From an uncultured Acidobacteriota bacterium (GTDB taxonomy: Bacteria; Acidobacteriota; Terriglobia; Acidiferrales; UBA7541), in assembly GCA_963845465.1 (NCBI GenBank), contig CAWJSH010000009.1, forward strand, positions 270,196-334,195: DNA of 64,000 nt, given 5' to 3'. The translations under genes and the position numbers were made by a program. Within the stretch, counting starts at the first letter, position 1, and each line of letters starts with the position of its first letter. Under the pieces are notes generated by a model. It had not been told where the DNA came from. It ran no database searches and was given only the letters and a program-made list of their open reading frames with translations. Below, one piece after another: positions 50,434-60,382 of this stretch.

Positions 50434-52371
50434 GTGAATCCACGATCCAATTTTTCGGTCCACCGGTCGCTCATCTTAGGCGCCGCTCTAGCCGGCGTTC
50501 TCGCGCTGCCTCTCCGCGCACCGGCCCAGAACTCCGCTGCGCAGGCCGACCAAATCTATGCGCAGGGAATTACGGCCCTGCAGCAAGGCGATCTCGCTGT
50601 GGCAAAGGCCGACTTCGAGCGAGTTATCGCGATCCAACCACGTAGCGCCGACGCGCACAATTCCCTCGGCTGGGTTCTGCTCGCGCAAAAACAGGTCGAT
50701 CCCGCAATCAAACAATTCGGCGCCGCGCTCGATCTTCGTCCCGATTTTTTTCAGGCGCACATCAATATGGCCAACGCGTACCTCGCGAAGGGCGATCCGA
50801 AGCAGGCATCGCGTTCCGCGCGCGAAGCGATTCGCTTTGCCCCTACGGAGTCCGAAGCCTATCGCACGCTGGCGCGCTGCCTCGACGCAGCGGGCGACAC
50901 CCCCGGCGCCATCAGGCAGATGCAAAAGGGGCTCGAACTCGATCCCGGTCGCATCGATCTGCTCGATGAAATGGGTACGTTGATCGTTCGCCAGGTTTCG
51001 CTGCAAGCGGCGGCTGCGTCTGGCGCGAACACGCCGCCGGTGATGGAAGAAAAAATCGGCGGCGGCACAGGACCAAAGTCCGCAACAAGCCCGTCTCCAA
51101 ATCCCGACTCTGGCGCGAACGCCACCAAGGCGGATGCGACCCCGGCCGCGCCTCCCGTCACACTGAAAGACGCTCAAAAGGATTACACCGAGGCGCTTCG
51201 CATCAACCCCAACTACGCGCCGGCGCAGCTACATCTCGGCGTCCTGCAATATCAGGACAAAAATCTCGAAGAAGCGATCCCGCATCTCGAGAAGGCGACC
51301 GAACTCATGCCCGCCGAGCCTCAAGCGCATCTCTATCTCGGCAGAGCGCTACGTGATAAAGGCGATCCGGACGGAGCTTTGCGTGAATTCGCCGCTGCTG
51401 TCGATCTCGACCCCAGCCTCGTCGATGCGCAAAGCGCGCTCGGCGTCGTTGAGCAGCGCCGCGGCAATGTGGATGACGCTCTCACATCGTTCCGCCACGT
51501 CATCAAGGCACAGCCCAACAATTCCGACGCGCACAACAACCTCGGCTTGGCGCTGCTCCAAACCGGCGACGCCGACGGCGCGATCAGCGAATTTCAAGCC
51601 GCGCTGAAGATCCGGCCCGACAATCCCGGCTACCAGACCAATCTCGGCGTCGCCTACCTGCAAAAGACCGATTTCGTTGCTGCCGCGACCCAGTTTCAAA
51701 CCGCATTGAAGGCCACACCGCAGGACCCGACGCTTCACTACGATCTCGGCCTCGCCCTCAAACTGCAAGACAAGCTTCCCGAAGCCACGGCCGAATTTCG
51801 CGTTGCGGAACAAATCGATCCGCTTCAGGCCGACGTCCACTACACGCTCGGCGTCACCCTCTGGCAGCAGGGCGATTTTCAGCCGGCCGCGGACGAATTG
51901 CAGAAAACGGTTCAGGTGAAGCCCGACTACGCCGAGGCGTACTACACGCTCGGCACCGTGCTGAAGCAACAAAACAAGCTCCAGGACGCCGCTGCCGCGC
52001 TTCGCGAGGCGATCCGTTTGCAACCCGACTTCGCAGGCGCGCACACCACGCTCGCTGCCGTGCTTCGCCAACTCGGAGACACCGAAGGCGCCGCGCGCGA
52101 AGCCAAGGCCGGAATTGAAATCGGGAAAGAGAAAACGAATCAGCAAGCCGCTTTATTCGCCACAAATTCCGGCAAGCGCCTGCTCAACGCTGGGGATTTC
52201 GACGGCGCGATCTCGCAGTTTCGCTCCGCGATCAACGCCACGCCAAACTACGCGCCCGCTCACTATCAATTGGGATTGGCGCTACAGCGAAAAGGCGAAA
52301 AAGACGAAGCTACGAAGGAATTTCAGCGCGCCGCGGAATTGGACCCCAAGTCCGCCCCCGCGTCGCACTGA
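50434..52371 (+). CDS. Exported multi-TPR protein
   Basis: Signal peptide from GTG 50434; many TPR repeats (DAHNSLG, EAYYTLG, PAHYQLG). Confidence 0.9.
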   Translation: MNPRSNFSVHRSLILGAALAGVLALPLRAPAQNSAAQADQIYAQGITALQQGDLAVAKADFERVIAIQPRSADAHNSLGWVLLAQKQVDPAIKQFGAALDLRPDFFQAHINMANAYLAKGDPKQASRSAREAIRFAPTESEAYRTLARCLDAAGDTPGAIRQMQKGLELDPGRIDLLDEMGTLIVRQVSLQAAAASGANTPPVMEEKIGGGTGPKSATSPSPNPDSGANATKADATPAAPPVTLKDAQKDYTEALRINPNYAPAQLHLGVLQYQDKNLEEAIPHLEKATELMPAEPQAHLYLGRALRDKGDPDGALREFAAAVDLDPSLVDAQSALGVVEQRRGNVDDALTSFRHVIKAQPNNSDAHNNLGLALLQTGDADGAISEFQAALKIRPDNPGYQTNLGVAYLQKTDFVAAATQFQTALKATPQDPTLHYDLGLALKLQDKLPEATAEFRVAEQIDPLQADVHYTLGVTLWQQGDFQPAADELQKTVQVKPDYAEAYYTLGTVLKQQNKLQDAAAALREAIRLQPDFAGAHTTLAAVLRQLGDTEGAAREAKAGIEIGKEKTNQQAALFATNSGKRLLNAGDFDGAISQFRSAINATPNYAPAHYQLGLALQRKGEKDEATKEFQRAAELDPKSAPASH

Positions 52372-52421
52372 ACTCGCGCGAATGAATCCGATGAAAAAGT
52401 AGAAGGGGCGATCTCTAGCGA

Positions 52422-53672
52422 TCAGTTCGTGGTGCGCAGTGCCACCAACTCCGTCGAGACCGGCACGCCCCGCGTCACTTTGACGCGAATCACCGCTTCA
52501 AACGGCTTCAACTGCCCCGTCTGTGCGACCGACAGCCTCAGCAACAGCTGCTCCACCGAATTCTTGTTGCAAACGTATTCGACCGCTGCTTGCGTCCCAA
52601 TCGTCGTCTCGCCCGCCAGGATAAGCACCGCCTGACTCGGTTCCAGGCCCTTCACCGCCGCGATCACGGCGTAGTCTTCCGTCAGCGGATCATCTTGTGG
52701 TGTTCCCAGGAACTCTTTCGGCTCTCCGGGCTGCGGATGCACGTTCAAAATCTCCGGATCGCCTTTACGCGCCCCGGCCGTAACTCGATGAAATACAAAA
52801 TCTTCCGTGCCGGGAATCTCAAGAAGCGTCAGATTTTCCAGCGGCGAGCCTACAAAGATCAGATTGTTGTTTTTCGCGTCGTCGAGGGAAAACAAACTGC
52901 CACGCTTCACTCGAATCCCGTGATGAAAACTCTCGAACAAGTGATCCAGCTCGTGAACCGCCAAGACCTCTCCGACTCCGGTGTAGTGGTCGAAAATGAT
53001 CGGGTTCTTGTCTTTGCTCGATTCGTAGTACCGCAACCCCACGTCCGGCCGCCCGACAAACTTCGCATTGCTGAAAATTACCCAGGGCTCGTCCTGACCT
53101 GAGACAAATCCGTTCCAGAACACCCTCATGGCTTCAGGAGGCGTGTTCACGTCGTGCGAAATTCCCGCCTGCGCCGAGTTCCGATTTGATACCAGGCTCA
53201 AAATCACGACGGCAGCCACAGCCAGCAGAAACGTCAGCGTCGCGATCGCAAAGATCCATTTTCCCCGAGGGGCGGCCACTTCTAGCGCGGGCTGTGCCGT
53301 CCCGCCTGCATTCGCGGGGGCCGCAGATCGAACCGGCGCCGGGGCACGATGATGGAACGCGAGGACATACGTTCCCTTTGGCAGCTCAACAATGATTGGG
53401 TCCTCAGCGCCGTCCCCTGCGTAGTATTCCGAAAGCTTTACGCGCAGCCGTCCCGCTTGGACGCGCACCATGGAATCGAGCTGCGGATCGAAGTCCGCCG
53501 ATCGCCCAAACACTTCCGTCGCAATTTGATATTCCTTAATGGAAGTCCCTGGGTGATCAAGGACGTGGCGGGCCAAATACCTGAGCAGTTTGCACAGGGA
53601 TTCCGACCCGTGCAGCACATGGCTGTTCGTTAGCCGATCGATTTGACTTAAATTTTGCTCGCGTTCTGTCAA
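52422..53672 (-). CDS. Membrane-anchored putative transcriptional regulator: cytoplasmic HTH-like domain, one TM, periplasmic domain
   Basis: N-terminal LLRYL...IKEYQIATEVFGRSADFDPQLDSMVRVQAGRLRVKLSEYY; TM WIFAIATLTFLLAVAAVVIL; divergent from the TBDR. The DNA-binding assignment is inference. Confidence 0.7.
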   Translation of the reverse strand: MTEREQNLSQIDRLTNSHVLHGSESLCKLLRYLARHVLDHPGTSIKEYQIATEVFGRSADFDPQLDSMVRVQAGRLRVKLSEYYAGDGAEDPIIVELPKGTYVLAFHHRAPAPVRSAAPANAGGTAQPALEVAAPRGKWIFAIATLTFLLAVAAVVILSLVSNRNSAQAGISHDVNTPPEAMRVFWNGFVSGQDEPWVIFSNAKFVGRPDVGLRYYESSKDKNPIIFDHYTGVGEVLAVHELDHLFESFHHGIRVKRGSLFSLDDAKNNNLIFVGSPLENLTLLEIPGTEDFVFHRVTAGARKGDPEILNVHPQPGEPKEFLGTPQDDPLTEDYAVIAAVKGLEPSQAVLILAGETTIGTQAAVEYVCNKNSVEQLLLRLSVAQTGQLKPFEAVIRVKVTRGVPVSTELVALRTTN

Positions 53673-54117
53673 CTGCCCCTCGTGACACCCATGGTTAACC
53701 GGAGTGTAACAACCCTCACATGTGCTTGCAAGCCGGGGCTTTATGAACTGTAACAGTATCAGACGCGCTGAGACTTCAATCTAACATAGAAAAAATTTTA
53801 ATAGTAGACACCGTGATTTCCCGGTCCGGCCTGTCGAGGGCCGGACCTCTCGTTTGCGCTTTTTGTTGCACGCTGCACCGCAAGCGACGTGCTTTTTGGG
53901 GTGCATTTCGTCGAGGCAGTTGTCCGGCTGGGAGGGTGTCCCGATGTACATGCCATTCGCTGGGCGTGTCTGCCGTCCATTTCTCCCTCAACCATTCTGT
54001 TCTACGTTCATCACATAACAATTGTTTCCGTCACGCGGCGGGGTGTCTTCGTCGAGACCGCGCATCGGAATCATCTTCACTGTTTGGGGTTTCGGGTTCG
54101 TTCCGCAAGGAGGAGAG

Positions 54118-57100
54118 ATGGTGAGGCGATCTTTTTGGGTGGGATTGCTCGTTGTGTCTTTAGCAGTGGGCTTGCACGTTCCTCAAGCGGTTGCGCAAGC
54201 TGTGTTTGGCAGCATTTTCGGTACGGTCACTGATCCTCAGGGTGCCGGCGTTGTCGGCGCGAAGGTGACAATTACAGACGTCGCCAAAGGCACAGTCGAA
54301 GAAACGACCACCAACGATAGCGGCAACTTTACAGTCACGCACTTGATTCCGGACCTCTACAACGTCCGGATCGAAGGCGCCGGTTTCAAAGTATTTGAAG
54401 TCAAGAACATCCAGGTTTCCGCGGACGCTTCGGTGCGCCAGGATGCCACGCTGACCGTCGGCGACGTTACACAAACCGTCGAAGTCAGCGGCGAGGTCGA
54501 GCAACTCAAGACCGACCGCGCCGACGTTTCCATCGAATTCAACTCGAAATACGTCGAAGACCTGCCGATTCTCAATCGCAACTTCACCAACTTCGAGCTT
54601 CTCTCCCCCGGCACGCAGAAAATCGTCGGATGGAGCCACGCCGCGACTGAGAACCCTCAGGGCGCGCAGCAGATCTTCGTGGACGGCCAGCACTTCAGCG
54701 GCACTTCCTTCCAGCTCGATGGCACCGACAACCAGGATCCCATTTTGGGAATCATCGTCGTCAACCCGAACCTCGACGCCATCCAGGAAACCAAGATCGC
54801 GCTTCAGAACTACGACGCGGAGTTCGGCAAAGCCACCGCTGGCGTGATCACCGTCCAGACCAAGTCCGGCACCAACGAACTCCATGGCAGCGGCTTCTAC
54901 AACTATCGTGGCGATGGCCAACAGGCTCGCGATCCGTTTACTCAACCCGCCTCCGTCCCACTGCCACTCTTTAGTTACAAAGACTTCGGCGTCGCCGCAG
55001 GCGGCCCGATCATCAAGGACAAACTCTTCTTCTTTGGCGACTATCAGGGTGTTCGCGAAGTCAGCGGCGAGTCCAACCAGCAGACAATCCCGACGGCCGA
55101 GGTTCTCAGCACTTGCAACCCGGCCACAAACCTCACCAGCGCCACCCCGGGCTTCTGCGACCTCAGCCAATATCTCGGCAACGTTCCGGGCGGTGGTCAA
55201 ATTTACAATCCGAACACCGGGAACCCCCTTACCGGCACTGGCCGCACCGCCTTCGTCAACAACATGATTCCCATCGGCATGATCTCGTCGCAGGCCGCTG
55301 CGGTCCTGGCTGAGTTTCCCGCGCCGCAGAACTCCGCGCTGACGAACAACTTCGTCGGATCCGGTTCGGGCAATTTCAACCAGAACGCCTTCGACACCCG
55401 CATCGATTACAACGCGCCGCATGGCTTTCAAGTCTTCGGGCGCTTCAGCTTGGATTACTTCAATCTGAACGGCAAAGGCAGCCTCGGTTCTCTCGGCGGT
55501 CTCGGCTTCGGGCCCGGCGGCCTCAACGGCCAGTCCACCGTTCACAACTACAGCTTGGCCACCGGCTTCGACAAAGCGATCGGCACCAACTTGCTGACCG
55601 ACTTCCGCTTCGGATACTTCAAATACAATCCGCAAACCGCCTATTCCGATGCGAGCAGCAACCCGATGACCGCGTTCGGCATTCCCGGAATGAACCTCGG
55701 CACCCCCGAGACCGGCGGCTTGTCCTCGTTCTTCCCGACAATCAACGGCAGCAACAGCGGCACCGCTCAGCAGGAAGGCCTGCCGAACTTTGGCGACGGC
55801 CTCAACGTCGGCCGCTGCAACTGCCCGCTCACCGAGAGCGAACAGCAATTCCAGTTCGTCAACAACTGGACCAAGATCAAGGGCAACCACCAGTTCAAGT
55901 TCGGCGCCGACATCCGTTACGCGATGAACCTCCGTGTACCGTCCGACGCGAACCGCACCGGTGAGCTCAACTTCGACCAGAACGGCACTTCGCTCGCCGG
56001 CAACGGCGGCTTGGTGCTCGGCACCTTCCTGCTCGGTGACGTAAACGAACTTCAGCGTTTCGTCAGCACCAGCTTGAACGCGGCAGAGCGGCAGAAGCGC
56101 TGGTTCTTCTATGGCCAGGACACCTGGCGCGTCAGCACCAAGCTGACCTTTAACTACGGCTTGCGCTGGGAAATCTACGATCCCGAATACGTCAACGGTA
56201 AGGGCCAGGGCGGTTTCGCCAACCTCGACCAAGGCGTCATCCGCGTCGCCGGCTACGGCAACGTCGGACTCAACGGCAATATCGACAATACCTACAAGGC
56301 GTTCGCGCCTCGCATCGGTATCGCTTACCAGTTCGATCCCAAGACCGTCGTTCGCCTCGGCTATGGCCGCAGCTTCGACATCGGCGTCTTCGGCTCCAAC
56401 TTCGGTCACGTCGTGACGCAGAACCTGCCGGTTCTTGCCAACCAGACGATTCAGGACACCAACCTGAATTCTGCCGCGACCAATAACCTGAGCCCAGTGT
56501 TCACTCTTGCGCAGGGCGCACCGGCGTTCGACTTCGCTCCGGTGATCTCGGGCATTTCGTCTGCCGGTACGCTTCCGCTCCTCGGTCCCGACGGCACATC
56601 GAGCTCCAGAATCCGTCCCACGATCCAGCGTTTGCCGACTCTCGACGCGTGGAACGCTACCATCCAGCGCCAAGTCACTTCGAACATGTCGGTCGAAATC
56701 GCGTACATCGGCAACAAGGGCACGCATACGTTCAACACCGACGGCCCGTCCTACAACATCAACGCACCGGCCGCCGGCGGTGGCACCAACCTCATTACGT
56801 GTCCGACAGCGACCACCTGCGCACCGAGCGGATTCGTTCCGTTCGTGCCGCAAGCCGATCGCCGTCCGTTCTTCCAGAACGGCGTGCCGTCGTTCACTTA
56901 CCCGGGCTACACGACCCCGTTGGGCGCTCCTCTCACTTGCTGCGCGGTTGACCTGACGTACTTCGGCAACGACGCCAGCAGCAACTACGAAGCTCTTCAG
57001 ATGAAGGTGGATCGCCGCTTCAGCCACGGCCTACAGTTCTTGGCCCACTACACCTACGGCCATTCCAACGCGTACAACTCCAACTACTACTCCGTCAATC

Positions 57101-57798
57101 CGAAGCTTGCGTACGGTCCCGACCAGTACAATCGCCGCAACGTCTTCGTGATCAGCACGGTGTACGAGCTCCCGATCGGCCAAGGCAAGTGGCTGCTCGG
57201 TAGCGCCAACCGTTTGGAGAACCTGTTGGTCGGTGGATGGCAAATCACCAATACGCTCAACTACAGCAGCGGCCTCCCGTGGACTGCTTCGATCGGCGAA
57301 TGCGGCTTGATCGAAGATACCGGCCCATGCCGCCCGAATATGATTCCAGGCCAGGGATTCAACGTCGGTCCCAAGAAAATCAACGGCCAGTGGTATGAGT
57401 TCACTCCCGTCGCTCCGTTGACCTACAACGTCGGTCCGGCAGATGCGGGCGTTGACTCCTGCACGTTGGCTCGTCCGACATCTGGCCCGTTCGCGCTGCC
57501 CGGTTGCGGTCAGATCGGTAACGCCGGCTTCGACACCTTCTTCGGTCCACGAGGCTTCTTCTCCGACATGGCCCTCTCGAAGACCTTCGGGATCACGGAG
57601 CGCATCAAGGCGCAGTTCCGCTTCGATGCCTTCAACGTGTTCAACCATCCTGTGTTGGGCTTCAACGCCAACCAGGGCAACACCTGCGTGGACTGCACGG
57701 GCAATGCCGGTCAGATTACCGACATTGAACAGGACGGCTCGCCAGGTTCGCCGACCGGCATGCGCCAGTTGCAGTTCGGTCTGCGCGTGACTTTCTAA
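54118..57798 (+). CDS. TonB-dependent receptor, Oar-like, with N-terminal carboxypeptidase-regulatory-like domain
   Basis: Signal peptide; GTVTDPQGAGVVGAKVT, LPILNRNF, KSGTNELHGS; C-terminal QLQFGLRVTF; AGGAGG RBS. Confidence 0.93.
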   Translation: MVRRSFWVGLLVVSLAVGLHVPQAVAQAVFGSIFGTVTDPQGAGVVGAKVTITDVAKGTVEETTTNDSGNFTVTHLIPDLYNVRIEGAGFKVFEVKNIQVSADASVRQDATLTVGDVTQTVEVSGEVEQLKTDRADVSIEFNSKYVEDLPILNRNFTNFELLSPGTQKIVGWSHAATENPQGAQQIFVDGQHFSGTSFQLDGTDNQDPILGIIVVNPNLDAIQETKIALQNYDAEFGKATAGVITVQTKSGTNELHGSGFYNYRGDGQQARDPFTQPASVPLPLFSYKDFGVAAGGPIIKDKLFFFGDYQGVREVSGESNQQTIPTAEVLSTCNPATNLTSATPGFCDLSQYLGNVPGGGQIYNPNTGNPLTGTGRTAFVNNMIPIGMISSQAAAVLAEFPAPQNSALTNNFVGSGSGNFNQNAFDTRIDYNAPHGFQVFGRFSLDYFNLNGKGSLGSLGGLGFGPGGLNGQSTVHNYSLATGFDKAIGTNLLTDFRFGYFKYNPQTAYSDASSNPMTAFGIPGMNLGTPETGGLSSFFPTINGSNSGTAQQEGLPNFGDGLNVGRCNCPLTESEQQFQFVNNWTKIKGNHQFKFGADIRYAMNLRVPSDANRTGELNFDQNGTSLAGNGGLVLGTFLLGDVNELQRFVSTSLNAAERQKRWFFYGQDTWRVSTKLTFNYGLRWEIYDPEYVNGKGQGGFANLDQGVIRVAGYGNVGLNGNIDNTYKAFAPRIGIAYQFDPKTVVRLGYGRSFDIGVFGSNFGHVVTQNLPVLANQTIQDTNLNSAATNNLSPVFTLAQGAPAFDFAPVISGISSAGTLPLLGPDGTSSSRIRPTIQRLPTLDAWNATIQRQVTSNMSVEIAYIGNKGTHTFNTDGPSYNINAPAAGGGTNLITCPTATTCAPSGFVPFVPQADRRPFFQNGVPSFTYPGYTTPLGAPLTCCAVDLTYFGNDASSNYEALQMKVDRRFSHGLQFLAHYTYGHSNAYNSNYYSVNPKLAYGPDQYNRRNVFVISTVYELPIGQGKWLLGSANRLENLLVGGWQITNTLNYSSGLPWTASIGECGLIEDTGPCRPNMIPGQGFNVGPKKINGQWYEFTPVAPLTYNVGPADAGVDSCTLARPTSGPFALPGCGQIGNAGFDTFFGPRGFFSDMALSKTFGITERIKAQFRFDAFNVFNHPVLGFNANQGNTCVDCTGNAGQITDIEQDGSPGSPTGMRQLQFGLRVTF

Positions 57799-57824
57799 CA
57801 ACGAAAAGCAACCACACCCCAAAC

Positions 57825-57858
57825 AAAACGGGGAGCCCTCGCGGGCTCCCCGTTTTTT
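57825..57858 (+). terminator. Intrinsic terminator after the TBDR
   Basis: AAAACGGGGAGCCC-TCGC-GGGCTCCCCGTTTTTT. Confidence 0.88.
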
Positions 57859-57896
57859 ATGTTCTAATCTTGGTTCGATTTATTTTGAGATTCGCA

Positions 57897-59027
57897 ATGT
57901 CGAAGTTCGATTTCCGATCAAAGTTTCAATTTCGCTGCCCACTTTGCTTTCTTGTTGGCTTGCTCCTCGTTGGTCTCGGCTCGCCGCTCGCCTTCGGTCA
58001 GACTCAAACCGCGCCCAAGCCAAACGCGCCTGTGCCGCGTTCCACCGGCTCCGCCGCTGATGCGCCGGCAGCAGCCACCGGCGAAGACCCGGCTTCCTCG
58101 CCATTCGGTACACCGCGCAAGCTCCTCCGCGAAGGAAAATTCGACGACGCCATCGCCACTCTCGAGGATCTTCAAACAAAAAATCCCGCGATGCCCGGTC
58201 TTTCTCACGAACTCGGCGTCGCCTACTACAAAAAGGGCGACTATCTCAAAGCCATCGCCGCCTTACAGAAAGCGGAAAAGGAAAATCCAAAAGACGGCGA
58301 GTCCACCCAGCTTCTCGGAATCTCTGCGTATCTCGCCGGTCGCCCCAATGAAGCGATTCCGCCGCTCGAAAAAGTGCAGACGTGGTTTCCGAACGCCAAC
58401 GTTGACGCTGCCTATATCCTGGGCGTCTGCTACATCCAGACGCGAGACTATCCAAAGGCCCGCGGCGCGTTCGCCAAAATGTTCAGCGTCCCGCCAGACT
58501 CTGCCGCGGCCTATCTTTTCACCGCCCGCATGTTGCTCCGCCAGGATTTCGGCCCCATCGCCGAAGAGTATGCGCAAAAAGCCGCGTCCATCGATCCCAA
58601 GCTGCCGCTCGCTCACAATCTGCTCGGCGAGATTTATCTGTTTCACTCCCGGATTCCAGAAGCTATCGCCGAATTTCAAAAAGAGCTCGCGCTCAATCCT
58701 GGTTACGCGCCCGCATACTACAAACTCGCCGACGCCTATTCACACATTCAAAAATTCGATGAGGCCGAGAAGCTTCTTCAGCGCTCCATTTGGCTCGACG
58801 CAACCTCCACTGGTCCGTATATATTGATGGGCAAGGTTTTGCAGAAAAAGGGAGAGTCCGAATTGGCCGTTCGTTCGCTGCAGCGCGCTGTCGCGATGGA
58901 TCCCAACAATCCGATGACGCACCACTTGCTCGGTCAGGCCTACCGCGAAATGGGCCGCGAAGAAGACGCCGCGCGAGAACTCAGCGCCGCCGGCCAACTC
59001 GAAGACCGCCAAAACCCCAAGCCATGA
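57897..59027 (+). CDS. Exported TPR protein
   Basis: Signal peptide and TPR repeats (LAHNLLGEIY, AYYKLADAY, THHLLGQAY). Confidence 0.88.
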   Translation: MSKFDFRSKFQFRCPLCFLVGLLLVGLGSPLAFGQTQTAPKPNAPVPRSTGSAADAPAAATGEDPASSPFGTPRKLLREGKFDDAIATLEDLQTKNPAMPGLSHELGVAYYKKGDYLKAIAALQKAEKENPKDGESTQLLGISAYLAGRPNEAIPPLEKVQTWFPNANVDAAYILGVCYIQTRDYPKARGAFAKMFSVPPDSAAAYLFTARMLLRQDFGPIAEEYAQKAASIDPKLPLAHNLLGEIYLFHSRIPEAIAEFQKELALNPGYAPAYYKLADAYSHIQKFDEAEKLLQRSIWLDATSTGPYILMGKVLQKKGESELAVRSLQRAVAMDPNNPMTHHLLGQAYREMGREEDAARELSAAGQLEDRQNPKP

Positions 59028-59240
59028 CCTCGTTATCCCAATTTATTGCCGATTGTCATCCTGAGCGAAGCGAAGGATCTCAGCCGCTGCCCACTGCGCC
59101 GATCGCGTGTGCGAATCCGCGTACGGGCGCAGCATTGCTGCGCCCCAGGCCCGCACGATCAGCCCGACTCGGCTGGACCTGGTTTTTCTTCTTCGGCCCA
59201 CGCCACAACACCCTCGTTCCTACTGGAGCGAACTGCCGCC

Positions 59241-60158
59241 ATGCCTCATAAGTCCTACAACATCGTCGGCCTCGGCGAACTCCTCTGGGACGTCCTCCCC
59301 AAAGGCAAAGAACTCGGCGGCGCTCCCGCCAACTTCGCCTACATGACCAGCCTTCTCGGCGATCACGGCATCGTCGCCAGCCGCGTCGGCAGCGATGCGC
59401 TGGGCCGCACCGCCGGACGCCGCCTCGAACGTATCGGCCTGCGCAGCAAATTCCTCCAGATCGACACGAAGCACCAGACTGGCATCGCCAACGTCGCTGT
59501 CGATCCCGCCGGTCAGCCCACTTTTGAAATTGTCGAAAACGTCGCGTGGGATTTTTTCGAGTGGACTCCCGAATGGCAGAAGCTCGCGGCCACCGCCGAC
59601 GCGGTTTGCTTCGGCACGCTCGCGCAGCGCGCGCCGCAATCGCGCTCCACCATTCGTTCTTTTCTTCAGGAAGTTGGCCGCGGCACCACGCGCATCTTCG
59701 ACATGAATCTGCGCCAGAATTTTTATTCGCCCGAAATGATCGACGAATCGTTCAAGCTTTCCGACGTCGTCAAACTCAATGAAACCGAATTGCCGATCGC
59801 GGTCAAATCGCTCGGCGGCACTTTCACCGATGAGGAGCGTTCCGCTCGCTGGCTGCGCGACAAATACGGTCTGCGCCTCGTCTGCATCACGCGCGGCGCG
59901 AAGGGCAGCCTGCTCGTCAGCTCCACCGAAGTTCACCAGCACAGCGGCGTTCGCATTGTCGTCGCCGATACCGTCGGCTCCGGCGACGCCTTCACCGCCG
60001 CCCTCATCTACCACTACCTGCGCCGCGCCTCGCTCGCCACGATGAACGAAGCCGCCAATCGCATGGGTGCCTGGGTCGCCAGCCAAACCGGCGCCACCCC
60101 TCCGCGCGACGACTACTACCTCCAGCAAATCCGCAGCGCCATCACCGCCGAAGAATAA
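59241..60158 (+). CDS. PfkB-family carbohydrate kinase (fructokinase-like)
   Basis: GLGELLWD, GGAPAN, VKLNETE, DTVGSGDAF. Confidence 0.93.
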   Translation: MPHKSYNIVGLGELLWDVLPKGKELGGAPANFAYMTSLLGDHGIVASRVGSDALGRTAGRRLERIGLRSKFLQIDTKHQTGIANVAVDPAGQPTFEIVENVAWDFFEWTPEWQKLAATADAVCFGTLAQRAPQSRSTIRSFLQEVGRGTTRIFDMNLRQNFYSPEMIDESFKLSDVVKLNETELPIAVKSLGGTFTDEERSARWLRDKYGLRLVCITRGAKGSLLVSSTEVHQHSGVRIVVADTVGSGDAFTAALIYHYLRRASLATMNEAANRMGAWVASQTGATPPRDDYYLQQIRSAITAEE

Positions 60159-60382
60159 TTCGACCACAAACATGTACGGGCGCAGCACTGCTGCGCCCCA
60201 TGTCCGCACTATCGTCGCGTCTTGCGTCGTAAGAGTTTCTATCAGAGTCAAATAGGAAACCGTTGTCATCCTGAGGCGTCCGAACGACGCCTCAGGATCT
60301 CAACGTAAAGTCCAAGCGCGAAATTCCAATCCGCTGGTCCGCCTCTGTGCTCTCTGCGTCCTCTGTGGTGAAATCCCTCTTT

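Noticed and set aside
59046-59240. Extra N-terminus on the PfkB kinase (MPIVILSEAKDL...)
   Set aside because: It is a read-through of stacked family C and B repeats; the homologous kinase begins at ATG 59241.
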